Shown here in pieces: positions 39,765 to 52,462 of a stretch of 64,000 bases of DNA. The notes under the pieces are model-generated. The model ran no database searches. It was given only the letters and a program-made list of their open reading frames with translations, and had not been told where the DNA came from. The position numbers were made by a program, and so were the translations under genes. The number at the start of each line of letters is the position of its first letter. The stretch's first letter is position 1. Source of the stretch: Macrostomum lignano (lineage: Eukaryota); assembly GCA_002269645.1 (NCBI GenBank), contig NIVC01000529.1:1-64000 (forward strand), given 5' to 3'.

Positions 39765-40445
39765 TCAACCGTCCGCTGCTGACGCCACTGCCGCTGCCGC
39801 TCCCAGGAGTCGGGTTGTCGACAAAGTCGACGGCGAAGCGACGGCAACGGCTAGGCCGCGTCGGCGCTTCTTCGGCGACGGCGACGGAGCCGGCGACGAG
39901 GCCTCCTGAGACGCGGCCGACGATTCGTCGGTTGGCGAAACCATCGCAACTGCGCGACGCTTTCGACTAATTACTGTCGCCTTTGATGTTGCCGCCTTTG
40001 ACGCCGCCGTCTTTGAAGCCGCCGCCTTTGTGTTTGCCGCTTTTGGAGCTACCGCTTTTGAAGCTGCCGCCTTAGAGATTGGTCGACTTTTTGCGCCCCT
40101 GCGTCGACCAACAGGCGACGGCGATGGCGATGGCGAAGGCGAAGGTGTTGGCGATGGCGACGACGACTTTGTAATAGTCTTTGTCGCTGATGGCCTAGTC
40201 TTTGTAGCAGTCTTTGTTGCGGCGGCTTTTTTAATTTTGCCGGCTTGGACGGCGGCCGAGCGGCCATTCTGAGAGGCGGCGGCGCCTCGCTGCTGCGCCT
40301 GCTTTTTCTTTGTAGCAGCAGAAGTAGCAGAAGCAACTGGCGACTCAGTAGAAGTGGTCGCTGACTTCAACGGCGATTTTATTGGCGATTTTGCTGGCGG
40401 ATTTTTGGCCACCGTTGAAGGCTGCTGCTCGTCGCGCTTGCTTTG
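39765..40445 (-). CDS. PDS5: PDS5 exon 10 (K/A/S-rich basic tail, PKKRRR NLS-like)
   Basis: tcatctag|QSKRDEQQ.., open to TGA at 39765. Exact C-terminus uncertain. Confidence 0.7.
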   Translation of the reverse strand, partial: QSKRDEQQPSTVAKNPPAKSPIKSPLKSATTSTESPVASATSAATKKKQAQQRGAAASQNGRSAAVQAGKIKKAAATKTATKTRPSATKTITKSSSPSPTPSPSPSPSPSPVGRRRGAKSRPISKAAASKAVAPKAANTKAAASKTAASKAATSKATVISRKRRAVAMVSPTDESSAASQEASSPAPSPSPKKRRRGLAVAVASPSTLSTTRLLGAAAAVASAADG

Positions 40446-40604
40446 CTAGATGAAAAACAATTAATAGATTGAGAATGTTAAAAATTATTTTAAGCTACTA
40501 ATAGTAGTGCTAGGTCAACAAAGTTTTTTAGTTTGTGTAATTAGCCTTTAGAAAAAAATAAAATGTTAATAAAGCTTTCCAGAATCAAAACCGGGAGAAA
40601 TTAC

Positions 40605-41154
40605 CTGAGAGAGTGGCTTGGTAGAAGTCGACGATGTACTTCTATTAGCCGAAAGGGACACCTGGACGGCCGGTGTACTTTTAGCAGCCGGCGCCGACGG
40701 AGGCGATTTGGCCATAGTTGAAATGTTGCTAAGATTGGCAGAGTTAGTGGTTGCAGCGGCAGCGGCGGCCCTTTTACCAAATCGGACTCGGTCCTTCGGT
40801 ATGAGGCCCTGCTGAATTGCGGCTGGATTCTTGGGTGGGCTGAACTGCACACCGGCTGGCAGGCTGGCGAATTCCGCTGCCACTGTGGCCTCCCGGTTAG
40901 CCGGCAGTAGGAACAGGCGCTTAGGCAGTTGAGGCTCGATAGGATAGTTTGAGATGGAGAAATTTGTACTTTTAGTCACTATGAGGCCGAGCGCCAGGTC
41001 GCAGACTGCGTGCAACTTTTTATTAGCCAATTCGTCGTCTGGGCGTTGGGCGTCGCGAGCGAGTCGCATGGTCTCCAGCATTCGGCGTAGGAAGCCGAAG
41101 TTCTCACCTTTGGCAATCAGCGGCTCCAGGAGGAAGCGGAGGCCGCTCTTTAGT
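40605..41154 (-). CDS. PDS5: PDS5 exon 9
   Basis: cccgcag|..LRFLLEPL..RLARDAQRPDDELANKKLHAVCDLAL..|gtaatt. Confidence 0.9.
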
Positions 41155-41194
41155 CTGCGGGATTGGTGGCAGCAGATTGGGGGCATTAATAAGG

Positions 41195-41730
41195 GCGAGG
41201 TAGGGGTGAGATATATAATAAAACGGTGAGAGAGGGAAGACAGGGGTGAGATATATACGAAAACAATGAGATAGAGGGGAGAAAGGGGTGAGATATATAA
41301 GAAAACGGTGAGATAGAGGGAAGACAGGGGTGAGATAGAGGGGAGACAGGGGTGAGATATATAAGAAAACGGTGAGATAGAGGGGAGACAGGGGTGAGAT
41401 AGAGGGGAGACAGGGGTGAGATAGAGGGAAGACAGGGGTGAGATAGAGGGGAGACAGGGGTGAGATAGAGGGAAGACAGGGGTGAGATAGAGGGGAGACA
41501 GGGGTGAGATAGAGGGGAGACAGGGGTGAGATAGAGAGGAGACAGGGTGAGATAGAGGGGAGACAGGGGTGAGATAGAGGGGAGACAGGGGTGAGATAGA
41601 GGGGAGACAGGGGTGAGATAGAGGGGAGACAGGGGTGAGATAGAGGGGAGACAGGGGTGAGATAGAGGAGAGACAGGGGTGAGATAGAGGGGAGACAGGG
41701 GTAAGATAGAGGGGCGAAAAGGGGTAAGAC
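41195..41730 (+). repeat. 22-bp minisatellite, PDS5 intron 8
   Basis: GGGGTGAGATAGAGGGGAGACA. Confidence 0.95.
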
Positions 41731-41768
41731 AGCATAGAAAAGATGGCTTATAGGTTAGTGAAACTCAC

Positions 41769-42060
41769 CTAGCCAATTGTTTGGCATCCTTTGGCGACTC
41801 GAACTCGGGATCATTGGCCAGCAGGTGCACGGCATAAGGCAGAGTGTAGTCTGGCAGCACGGCAAAGAATGTAACCCGATCGTTGGCAATGACGGACTGC
41901 TTGCTGGCCAGGTACTCCCTGCGGGCGGCCACGCAGCGGCTGTAGTAGGTGCGCGCAGTCTGCAGCAGCTCCTTGTCCTCGGCGGCCTCGGGCACGTAGG
42001 CGAACATCGCCATGAACTGCAGGGGCAGCTTGAACTTCACCAGGCCTCGGTGCAGCTTGC
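41769..42060 (-). CDS. PDS5: PDS5 exon 8
   Basis: ttcccag|(G)KLHRGLVKFKLPLQFMAMF..LPDYTLPYAVHLLANDPEF|gtgagt. Confidence 0.9.
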
Positions 42061-42084
42061 CTGGGAATGAGATGGGATCAGAGT

Positions 42085-42620
42085 CATCCAGCATTGAAGC
42101 AGCTCCCACTATAATAAAAGCAGAAGACTCACCCAGCATTGAAGCCGCAATAAAAGCAGAAGACTCATACAGCATTGAAGCCACAAAAAAGCAGAAGACT
42201 TACCCAGCATTGAAGCCAATTCCTAACCAACAATAAAAGCAGAAGAGTCACCCAGCATTGAAGCCACAAAAAAGCAGAAGACTCACCCAGCATTGAAGCC
42301 ACAAAAAAGCAGAAGACTCACCCAGCATTGAAGCCACAAAAAACCAGAAGACTCATCCAGCATTGAAGCCACAAAAAAGCAGAAGACTCACCCAGCATTG
42401 AAGCCACAATAAAAGCAGAAGACTCACCCAGCATTGAAGCCACAATAAAAGCAGAAGACTCACCCAGAATTGAAGCCACAATAAAAGCAGAAGACTCACC
42501 CAGCATTGAAGCCACAATAAAAGCAGAAGACTCACCCAGCATTTAAGCTACAATAAAAGCAGAAGACTCACCCAGCATTGAAGCTACTCCCCACCCAACA
42601 ACAAAAGCAGAAGACTCACC
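42085..42620 (-). repeat. 36-bp minisatellite containing a 5' splice site, PDS5 intron 7
   Basis: GTGAGTCTTCTGCTTTTATTGTGGCTTCAATGCTGG. Confidence 0.95.
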
Positions 42621-43172
42621 CAGCACAGCATGCCGCACCTCCTTGCACGGGTCGCAGACGGTCAAGGCCAGAGTTTGGAATCGCTCGCAGTCCAAGAGCG
42701 GCACCAAAGCTTGGCGTTTGCAAACGCGCAGCAGCGCTTTGGCCGCGCAGACTCGCATCTGCGCCATCTCGCCAGCTTCCAACTTGGCGCCTTTGCCCGA
42801 AGAAGAAGAAGACGGATTGCCGTCGTACAGAATGATCTGGTGGAACAGGTCCACAATGGATTGGGCCGTATCGGAGGTGCAGTCGGCGGCAGCGGACGAT
42901 GAGGCAGCGGAAGCTGAGGCCAGCCCGATCAGGTAGTGACAGAGGCAGCGTATGCTGGCCAATTTCACCTGGGCAAGATGCGACAAAGACTCAGTAGGGC
43001 TCCAACGGCTCAAGTCTCTGGCTGAACTGGCAGCTGTCGATTTGCTGCGACTACCAGCAGCTGCGGCGCCTCCAGCGGATGATGAAGGAGCTTGCCGGAC
43101 GAATTCGGGCAACCGCTTGGCGACAAGATTGGCTACTTTGGATTGGTACTTGAGGGCGCTCTGTTTCAGAAT
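42620..43172 (-). CDS. PDS5: PDS5 exon 7
   Basis: ccccacag|ILKQ..AQVKLASIRCL..MRVCAAKALLR..CDPCKEVRHAVL G|gtgagt. Confidence 0.85.
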
Positions 43173-43199
43173 CTGTGGGGATTCGTTGTTGAATGAGAG

Positions 43200-43650
43200 G
43201 ACTATGAGACTGGGGTGACAATAGGGGTGAGACTGGATGATGAGATTAGGGTGAGATTGGATGATGAGATTAGGGGTGAGACTGGATGATGAGATTAGGG
43301 GTGAGACTGGATGATGAGACTAGGGGTGAGACTGGGGGCAACATCAGTGAGATTGGATGATGAGACTAGGGGTAAAACTAGGGGTGAGACTGGAGGTTAG
43401 GCTAGGGATGAGACTGGAGATGAGACTGGATGATGAGACTAGAGATGAGACTGGATGATGAGACTAGAGATGAGACTGGATGATGAGACTGGAGATGAGA
43501 CTGGATGATGAGACTAGAGATGAGACTGGATGATGAGACTAGAGGTGAGACTGGATGATGAGACTAGAGGTGAGACTGGATGATGAGACTAGAGCTGAGA
43601 CTGGAGGTGAGACTGGATGATGAGACTAGATATTACGAGACTAGGATAGA
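43200..43650 (+). repeat. GATGAGACT(G/A)GA-based array, PDS5 intron 6
   Basis: Direct reading. Confidence 0.9.
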
Positions 43651-43712
43651 ACTGACCGGTGATACTAGAAGCGCCCTCCCCAGCAGACAATTAAAAAAGG
43701 CCAGAGTCAGAC

Positions 43713-44294
43713 CTGTCCCAGAGCATCCAGCCTGGGCACGCAGAGTTCGCTGCCGGAGCTAATCTTGACGGCATCGGCCACCAGGCTGTCCAGCTCGCCG
43801 GCAATCTGCGGCGCCAGATCCGTTGCCTGCAGCGCTGTCAGACACTTGGCCGCCACTTTGGCAAGCGACGAGCACGACGCCGAAGTTTTGGCGACGTCGC
43901 AGATTCGACGAAGACGCGGCACGACAGCATCGATGGCTTCTTGTCGATCTTCGGTGAACAGCGGTGTCAAATTCAACAGCAGGCGAAGACAGACCTCGGC
44001 GGTGTCCATCTCCATGGACTCGTCGCCCAGGCATTCGACAACGTAGTCGAAGGTGTCGTCTAAATCGACAGTGTGCCTCAGATAGAAGCTGAGCATGTTG
44101 AGCAGCAGCAGGCCCTTGTGCTGGGTGACTTCGCACGCTTCGCCGGGCAAAATGTTGGCCGGGTCTTCGCGGCCGCTGATTAGCAGGTTCACCAGGCTGG
44201 TGACGGATTCGCGGTCGAATAGCACCGGGCCAACTCGTTCTAGCAGAGTCTTCACCGTGATGCGATAGTTGATGGCGTTCTCCGTCTCTTTAGC
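43713..44294 (-). CDS. PDS5: PDS5 exon 6
   Basis: ctcccag|AKETENAINYRITVKTLLERVGPVLFD..LDALGQ|gtctga. 'LLERIAP' motif region. Confidence 0.85.
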
Positions 44295-44344
44295 CTGGGA
44301 GTGGTTTCAGAGCAAATAGAGTGCGTCTTCAATGCTGCACAGCA

Positions 44345-45000
44345 ACGGGGATTCGCCTTGGATACAACCTTGGTGAACGGGGGATTCCCCTTGGATACAA
44401 CCTTGGGAGACGGAGATTCCTCTTGGATAGGACCTTGGAAAACGGGGATTCCCCTTTGATAGGACCTTGAAAGACGGGGATTCCCCTTGGATACAACCTT
44501 GGAAGACCGGATCCATCTTGGATAGGACCTTGAAAGACGGGGATTCCCCTTGGATAGGACCTTGAAAGATGGGGATTCCCCTTGGATACAACCTTGGAAG
44601 ACCGGATCCATCTTGGATAGGACCTTGAAAGACGGGGATTCCCCTTGGATACAACCTTGGAAGACCGGATCCATCTTGGATAGGACCTTGAAAGACGGGG
44701 ATTCCCCTTGGATAGGACCTTGAAAGACGGGGATTCCCCTTGGATACAACCTTGGAAGACGGGATCCCTCTTGGATAGGACCTTGGAAAACGAGGGATCC
44801 TCTTGGATAGGATAGAACCTTGGAAAAAGGATTCCCTTTGAAAACAATCAATAAAAACGGGAATTTTCTTTCGATATACCTTGAAAAACGGGGATTCCCT
44901 TTGGATACTACTTTGGAAGACAGGGATTCCTCTTGGATAAACCGTGGAAAAACGGAGATTCCCCTTGGCTGCGACTTTGGAAAACGGGGTTTCCATTTTG
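44345..45000 (+). repeat. About 26-27-bp array, PDS5 intron 5
   Basis: GGGGATTCCCCTTGGATAGGACCTTGAAAGAC-type units. Confidence 0.9.
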
Positions 45001-45074
45001 ATGCGACCTTCAAAGCTACAGATGAAAACTTGATCATGACGGGAAGTCCCCTTAAATATAAAACCAATGCGCAC

Positions 45075-45401
45075 CTTCTTGCCAATATGAAGAGCCTGAT
45101 CGTGGCTAGCCAGCAGGCTTCGCAGCAGTTCCGCAGCCTTGTCGCACGGACAATCCTTGGACAGAATTTTGGTTAACAGCTGGCGCATCGGCTTCTCGCG
45201 GTGTAGAAAATTGAAGAATTTGCGCAAATACTCGTTGGCCCGTTCGGCGTGTTGGAAATAAATAGACAGAGATCGAAGCTTAGCCATGATGACGGACTCG
45301 GATTCTGGAGACAGTTTATCTGGCTCGGCCGAGATTATCTCTAGGATGGCGCTGGTCAGCTGGGTCACGTGATACTGCGTCTTCAGCATCTCCACTAGTG
45401 C
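45075..45401 (-). CDS. PDS5: PDS5 exon 5
   Basis: gatgcag|ALVEMLKTQ..EYLRKFFNFL..HIGKK|gtgcgc. Confidence 0.85.
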
Positions 45402-45559
45402 CTGCATCGGAAATAATATTGAATATTCGTATTAGAGACAAAAGAATACTTCGCTTTTATTACTCATAGTAGTATCCAGCCAAAGCTTATATTTAGTTTA
45501 TTATTAAGGAGCCTCATAGGGCAATTGAACACATTAAGAAATTAGGCCTGTTAGTTCAA

Positions 45560-45935
45560 TTAGGCATCCAATGGAACCAATTGGGCATTCTATGGACACA
45601 ATTTCGGCACCACATAGACACATTTGGGCATCCTATAGACATTCAAGCGCACCATAGACACATTTGGGCATCCTATAGATATTCAGGCACACCATAGACA
45701 CATTTGGGCACCCTATAGACATACATGTATTTTAAGGCACCCGATAGACATTTTTAGGCACCCTATAGACATATTTTTAGGCACTTTATAGACACATTTG
45801 GGCACTCTATAGACACATTTAGGCACACCAGACACATTTGGACACCTTAGAAACACATTTTTAGGCACACTATAGACAAATTTTTAGGCACCCTATAGAC
45901 ACATTTGGGCACCCTATAGACCCTATAGACACATA
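45560..45935 (+). repeat. Degenerate array of about 21 bp, PDS5 intron 4
   Basis: GGGCACCCTATAGACACATTT-type units. Confidence 0.85.
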
Positions 45936-46058
45936 GTTAAGTCGTGGACCCATTTTAGCCCCATATAAAAGTTACTCCCCCACTACGGACCCCAATAAGA
46001 CCCACCGAAGTGATTATAAATCAAAAGCATAGCAATTTCTAAAACAACTCATCCAGAC

Positions 46059-46190
46059 CTTAGTAGACGGATTGCTAAACGAGCAGAAGCAGCGCAGCAG
46101 GGCTCGCATCCGATCTTTTGAACCCAGACTGTAGGGCACCAATGAGGCCTTGAAGTGCCGTTCCACTGCTATGCGATCCCAGTTGCTCTC
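46059..46190 (-). CDS. PDS5: PDS5 exon 4 (not in ORF track)
   Basis: ttctag|ESNWDRIAVERHFKASLVPYSLGSKDRMRALLRCFCSFSNPSTK|gtctgg, matching PDS5 '[27 protein letters not shown]'. Confidence 0.85.
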
Positions 46191-46599
46191 CTAGAAGGCA
46201 GGCGACATGTTTAAAAACGATAAATTATATTATTTTCGATACATATCGGCGACGTTTTTTATTTACTTATCTTAAAGCCTTTTTCTATTTTACAGTACTC
46301 AAATCTCAACTTTTTAATCTCTATTCACTATAGTCATACACATTTTCTCGTAAATCTATCACAATAAATCCAATTACAAAAATTTCTTTTTTTGATGCTT
46401 TAACTCCATCATAGGGATACAGAACTATTTCACTAATCCCAATAATCCCACTAAGTTCCCCGCCGAAGTCAAATTATCTCACCTCAGAAATCCCACCATC
46501 TCCACGCCCCTTAATCCCATCTCCCTAATTCCCACACCCCTATTTCTATCTTCTTAATCCTATTCCTATCCTCCTAATACCATCTTCTTAATCGAATAT

Positions 46600-47330
46600 A
46601 CCTAATGCCATCTCACGGATCCAATCTCCCTAATTGCATCTTGCAAATCTAATCCCCCTAATCACATCTCGCAAATCCCATCTTCCTAATCACATCTCGC
46701 AAATCCCATCTTCCAAATCACATCTCGCTAATCCATTTCCCTAATCACATCACGCAAATCCAATCTCCCTAATCACATCTCGCAAATCCCATCTTCCAAA
46801 TCACATCTCGCTAATCCATTTCCCTAATCACATCTCGCTAATCCATTTCCCTAATCACATCTCGCAAATCCCATTTCCCTAATCACATCACGCAAATCCA
46901 ATCTCCCTAATCACATCTCACAAATCCCATCTTCCTAATCACATCTCGCAAATCCCATCTTCCTAATCACATCTCGCTATTCCATTTCCCTAATCACATC
47001 TCGCAAATCACATCTCGCAAATCCCATCTCCCTAATCGCATCTCGCTAATCACATCTGGCTAATTCCATCTCCCTAATCACATCTCCTTAATCACATCTC
47101 CTTAATCACATCTCACAAATCCCATCTTCCTAATCACATCTCGCAAATCCCATCTTCCTAATCACATCTCGCTAATCCATTTCCCTAATCACATCTCGCA
47201 AATCCCATCTCCCTAATCGCATCTCGCTAATCACATCTGGCTAATTCCATCTCCCTAATCACATCTCCTTAATCACATCTCCTTAATCACATCTCGAAAA
47301 TCCCATCTCCATAATTCCCAAACCCCTATT
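46600..47330 (+). repeat. CCCTAATCACATCTCGC-based array, PDS5 intron 3
   Basis: Direct reading. Confidence 0.9.
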
Positions 47331-47366
47331 CCTATCTTCCTAATCCAAAGCAATCTAATCTCTTAC

Positions 47367-48080
47367 CTGGAAGTACATGTGCATGATAGCATTAACGCAC
47401 TGGGACAGCCTAGACCACACAGTTTTATTGCCAGACTTAATCAAATCAGCATTCATAATGTAGGTTTTATAGATGCTGGCGAGGCTGGTAAGGGCAGCCC
47501 GGCGCACGCCTTGGTCTTTGTCGCGGGACCGATCAATTAAAATCGATAAATAGTCCTCCGGCAGCGACTCCAGCTCCTGCTTGGCCAGTTCAACTACTTG
47601 GCCAATCACGCAGTCCCTGATGTCCACGTGGGCGTCAATACTTCGACCGCGGAGCAGCGCAACCAGGGTGTCACGCAGGTCGGGATTCGTTCGCAGCAGC
47701 TGAGGGACGGAGGCCACGCAGATTCGCCTGACCTCCAAGCTGACGTCAACAAATCTACCGATGAAAGCTTTCCACAGATCCGGCTGAAGCTGCACCAGAT
47801 TGCCGGTGGTCTCGCTGAATAGCTTCGCCATAAGTCGACAGGCCCGCTTCCGTTCGCGCTCGTGATTTGACAGCAGCTTCAGCTCAAGCATGGGCAGCAC
47901 GGGACTCACGAACACGTGATCAATCTTGTGCAGCTCATAGATTAATGAGAATACTAATTCGTCTCTGATGCCAGACTGTTGAGATTTGAGCTGCGGCTGC
48001 TCATCGGAGTCCTCGGACGAAAGCACCAGCATATCCTGCAGCATCTGGTGAATCATCTGATCCAGGTGCTTCACAGTTTC
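47367..48080 (-). CDS. PDS5: PDS5 exon 3
   Basis: LIYELHKID..VLPMLELKL..LWKAFIGRFVD..DRSRDKDQGVRRAA..YFQ|gtaaga. Confidence 0.9.
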
Positions 48081-48234
48081 CTGCACAATGATAAGTAAGG
48101 CTAGGTAAGTAGTAGATTGTAAAACAAGCTGGTTGGCAACCAACATTTACTTGCCAGGGGCATTAAAACTTGTTGGCAGGGAACCAAAACCGGTTCCTGT
48201 TGCCAGGGAGATTAAAATAGTTGTCAATACCACT

Positions 48235-49635
48235 AAAACCGGTTGCTAATGACACTAGAACCGGTTGCTAATGACACTAGAACCGGTTGCTAATGACACT
48301 AGAACCCGTTGCTAATGACACTAGAACCGGTTGCTAATGACACTAGAACCCGTTGCTAATGACACTAGAACCGGTTGCTAATGACACTAGAGCCGGTTGC
48401 TAATGACACTAGAGCCGGTTGATAATGACACTAGAGCCGGTTGATAATGACACTAAAGCCGGTTGATAATGACACTAGAACCCGTTGCCAATGACACTAG
48501 AGCCGGTTGCTAATGACACTAGAGCCGGTTGCTAATGACACTAGAGCCGGTTGCTAATGACACTAGAGCCGGTCGCTAAAGACACTAGAACAGGTTGCTA
48601 ATGAGACTAGAACAGGTTGCTAATGAGACTAGAACAGGTTGCTAATGAGACTAGAACAGGTTGCTAATGAGACTAGAACAGGTTGCTAATGAGACTAGAA
48701 CAGGTTGCTAATGACACTATAACCGGTTGCTAATGACACTAGAACAGGTTGCTAATGACACTAGAAACGGTTGATAATGACACCAGAACCAGTTGCTAAT
48801 GACACTAGAACCGGTCGCTAATGACACCAGAACAGGTTGCTAATGACACTACAACCGGTCGCTAATGACACTAGAGCCGGTTAATAATGACACTAGAACC
48901 GGTTGCTAATGACAGTAGAGCCGGTTGCTAATGACACTACAACCGGTCGCTAATGACACTAGAACAGGTCGCTAATGACACTAGAGCCGGTTGCTAATGA
49001 CACTAGAGCCGGTTGATAATGACACTAGAGCCGGTTGATAATGACACTAGAGCCGGTTGATAATGACACTAGAACCCGTTGCTAATGACAGTAGAGCCGG
49101 TTGCTAATGACACTACAACCGGTCGCTAATGACACTAGAACAGGTCGCTAATGACACTAGAGCCGGTTGCTAATGACAGTAGAGCCGGTTGCTAATGACA
49201 CTACAACCGGTCGCTAATGACACTAGAACAGGTCGCTAATGACACCAGAACCGGTTGCTAATGACAGTAGAGCCGGTTGCTAATGACACTACAACCGGTC
49301 GCTAATGACACTAGAACAGGTTGCTAATGACACTAGAACCGGTCGCTAATGACACTTGAACCGGTCGCTAATGACACTAGAACAGGTCGCTAATGACACT
49401 AGAACCGGTCGCTAATGACACTAGAACAGGTCGCTAATGACACTAGAACCGGTCGCTAATGACACTAGAACAGGTCGCTAATGACACTAGAACCGGTCGC
49501 TAATGACACTTGAGCCGGTCGCTAATGACACTAGAACCGGTCGCTAATGACACTAGAACCGGTCGCTAATGACACTAGAACAGGTTGCTAATGACACTTG
49601 AACCGGTTGCTAATGACACTAGAGCCGGTTTCCAG
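48235..49635 (+). repeat. 22-bp minisatellite CCGGTTGCTAATGACACTAGAA, PDS5 intron 2
   Basis: Direct reading. Confidence 0.97.
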
Positions 49636-49708
49636 GGACTAGAAAACCTACAGAATTGCTTGCTTAGAACCTCCAAGCTAAATTACCAGTAGAGATTAGA
49701 AATTTTAC

Positions 49709-50053
49709 CCGCAAAAACCGCGAAGCCAGCTGATAGCAGCGGGGCTCCTGCATCTTCTTCGGTTGAATAATGAACTCGAGCACGTATTTGACGGTGTCAG
49801 AGCCTAACAATTCCATCTCCTCGTCAACAACTTTAACAGCGGCATCTAACAGATAGCGAACGCAATCGTCTGGCGTGTCCTCCCAACTCCAGATGTCCAC
49901 AGTGCGCACGATGGTGAACAGGAATCGGAAGAACTCAAAGCAGGCCCGCTTGCCATCCGGATTGGTGTGGCACACGGAGATGAAATCGGTTTGTATCAGG
50001 CTCTGACAGAAGTAGGACAGGTTCTGGTAGGCCACGTCCTCTTTCGATTGGAT
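49709..50053 (-). CDS. PDS5: PDS5 exon 2
   Basis: accgcag|IQSKEDVAYQNLSYFCQSL..LASRFLR|gtaaaa, 345 nt. Confidence 0.85.
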
Positions 50054-50109
50054 CTGCGGTGCGGCGATCAGGAGGAGAGGTGTCAGAAAGAGGATCTAAG
50101 TTTGTCAGA

Positions 50110-52065
50110 TTAGGACAGTAAGACAGTGGGGTGTCAGATAAGACAGTGGGGCGTCAGATAAGACAGTGGGGTGTCAGATAAGACAGTGGGGCGTCAGATA
50201 AGACAGTGGGGCGTCAGATAAGACAGTGAGATGTCAGATAAAACAGTGGGATGTAGGTGAGACAGTGGGGTGTCAGATAAGACAGTGAGGTGTCAGATAA
50301 AACAGTGGGATGTAGGTGAGACAGTGGGGTGTCAGATAAGACAGTGAGGTGTCAGATAAAACAGTGGGATGTAGGTGAGACAGTGGGGTGTCAGATAAGA
50401 CAGTGAGGTGTCAGATAAAACAGTGGGATGTAGGTGAGACAGTGGGGTGTCAGATAAGACAGTGAGATGTCAGATAAAACAGTGGGATGTAGGTGAGACA
50501 GTGGGGTGTCAGATAAGACAGTGAGATGTCAGGAAAGACATTGGGATGTCAGCAAAGACAATGTGGTGTCAGGAAAGACAGTTGGATGTCAAATAAGACA
50601 GTGGGATGTCAGATAAGACAGTGGAATTTCAGGTAAGAAAGTGATATGTCAGGTAAGACAGTGGGATGTCAGGAGAGACAGTGGGATGTCAGATAAGACA
50701 GTGGGATGTCAGGTATGACAGTGCGATGTCAGATAAGACAGTGGGATGTCAGGTATGACAGTGGGATGTCAGGTATGACAGTGCGATGTCAGATAAGACA
50801 GTGGGATGTCAGATAAGACAGTGCGATGTCAGATAAGACAGTGGGATGTCAGGTATGACAGTGCGATGTCAGATAAGACAGTGGGATGTCAGGTATGACA
50901 GTGCGATGTCAGATAAGACAGTGGGATGTCAGATAAGACAGTGGGATGTCAGGTATGACAGTGCGATGTCAGATAAGACAGTGGGATGTCAGATAAGACA
51001 GTGGGATGTCAGGTATGACAGTGCGATGTCAGATAAGACAGTGCGATGTCAGATAAGACAGTGGGATGTCAGGTATGACAGTGCGATGTCAGATAAGACA
51101 GTGGGATGTCAGGTATGACAGTGCGATGTCAGATAAGACAGTGGGATGTCAGGTATGACAGTGCGATGTCAGATAAGACAGTGGGATGTCAGATAAGACA
51201 GTGGGATGTCATGTATGACAGTGCGATGTCAGATAAGACAGTGGGATGTCAGGTATGACAGTGCGATGTCAGATAAGACAGTGGGATGTCAGGTATGACA
51301 GTGCGATGTCAGATAAGACAGTGGGATGTCAGGTATGACAGTGCGATGTCAGATAAGACAGTGGGATGTCAGGTATGACAGTGCGATGTCAGATAAGACA
51401 GTGGGATGTCAGATAAGACAGTGGGATGTCATGTATGACAGTGCGATGTCAGATAAGACAGTGGGATGTCAGGTATGACAGTGCGATGTCAGATAAGACA
51501 GTGGGATGTCAGGTATGACAGTGCGATGTCAGATAAGACAGTGGGATGTCAGGTATGACAGTGCGATGTCAGATAAGACAGTGGGATGTCAGGTATGACA
51601 GTGCGATGTCAGATAAGACAGTGGGATGTCAGGTATGACAGTGCGATGTCAGATAAGACAGTGGGATGTCAGATAAGACAGTGGGATGTCAGGTATGACA
51701 GTGCGATGTCAGATAAGACAGTGGGATGTCAGATAAGACAGTGGGATGTCAGGTATGACAGTGCGATGTCAGATAAGACAGTGGGATGTCAGGTATGACA
51801 GTGCGATGTCAGATAAGACAGTGGGATGTCAGATAAGACAGTGGGATGTCAAGTATGACAGTGCGATGTCAGATAAGACAGTGGGATGTCAAATAAGACA
51901 GTGGGATGTCAGAAAAGATAGTGGGGCATCAGGAAAGACAGTGGGGCGTCAGGAAAGACAGTGGGGCATCAGGAAAGACAGTGGGGCGTCAGGAAAGACA
52001 GTGGGGCATCAGGAAAGACAGTGGGGCGTCAGGAAAGACAGTGGGATGTCGGGAAAGATAGCAGA
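50110..52065 (+). repeat. 20-bp minisatellite CAGTGGGATGTCAGATAAGA with 40/60-bp multimers, PDS5 intron 1
   Basis: Direct reading. Confidence 0.97.
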
Positions 52066-52108
52066 GCGTCAGAGTCTCCCCGTCCCCATCATCAGTGAGT
52101 TGCTTCAC

Positions 52109-52462
52109 CTGCTGCATGCGGCAGGCGGTCTTGAAGAGAAAGACGACCACAGTAACAATGAGTTGGTCCTCGTCGCACAAGCTGACAAACGGGTTGCTGG
52201 GGCAGTAGATTTTGAACAGTTCAATTAAACAGCAGCCAACCAGCAAGCGGATATCTTTATCCGGGTGGTTAAGAAAATGGCTGGCAGCCAGGTGCAAGCT
52301 CAGGCCCTGGAAGTCGTTGTTATTATTGCCTTGTTTGTCTAAACTCACTAGCATAGTGAGGGCGCCCCAAAGCTCTTTGAGACGCTTTTTAAGTTCATCC
52401 GGTTTGAGACTCTCGTGAATCTCTTTGCATCCGGATGGATAGAGAATCGAGCAGCTAGACAT
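52109..52462 (-). CDS. PDS5: PDS5 cohesin-associated HEAT protein, exon 1
   Basis: YPSGCKEI..LKKRLK..LSLHLAASHFLNHPDKDIRLLVGCCL matches PDS5A/B [34 protein letters not shown]. Donor gtgaag. Confidence 0.9.
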
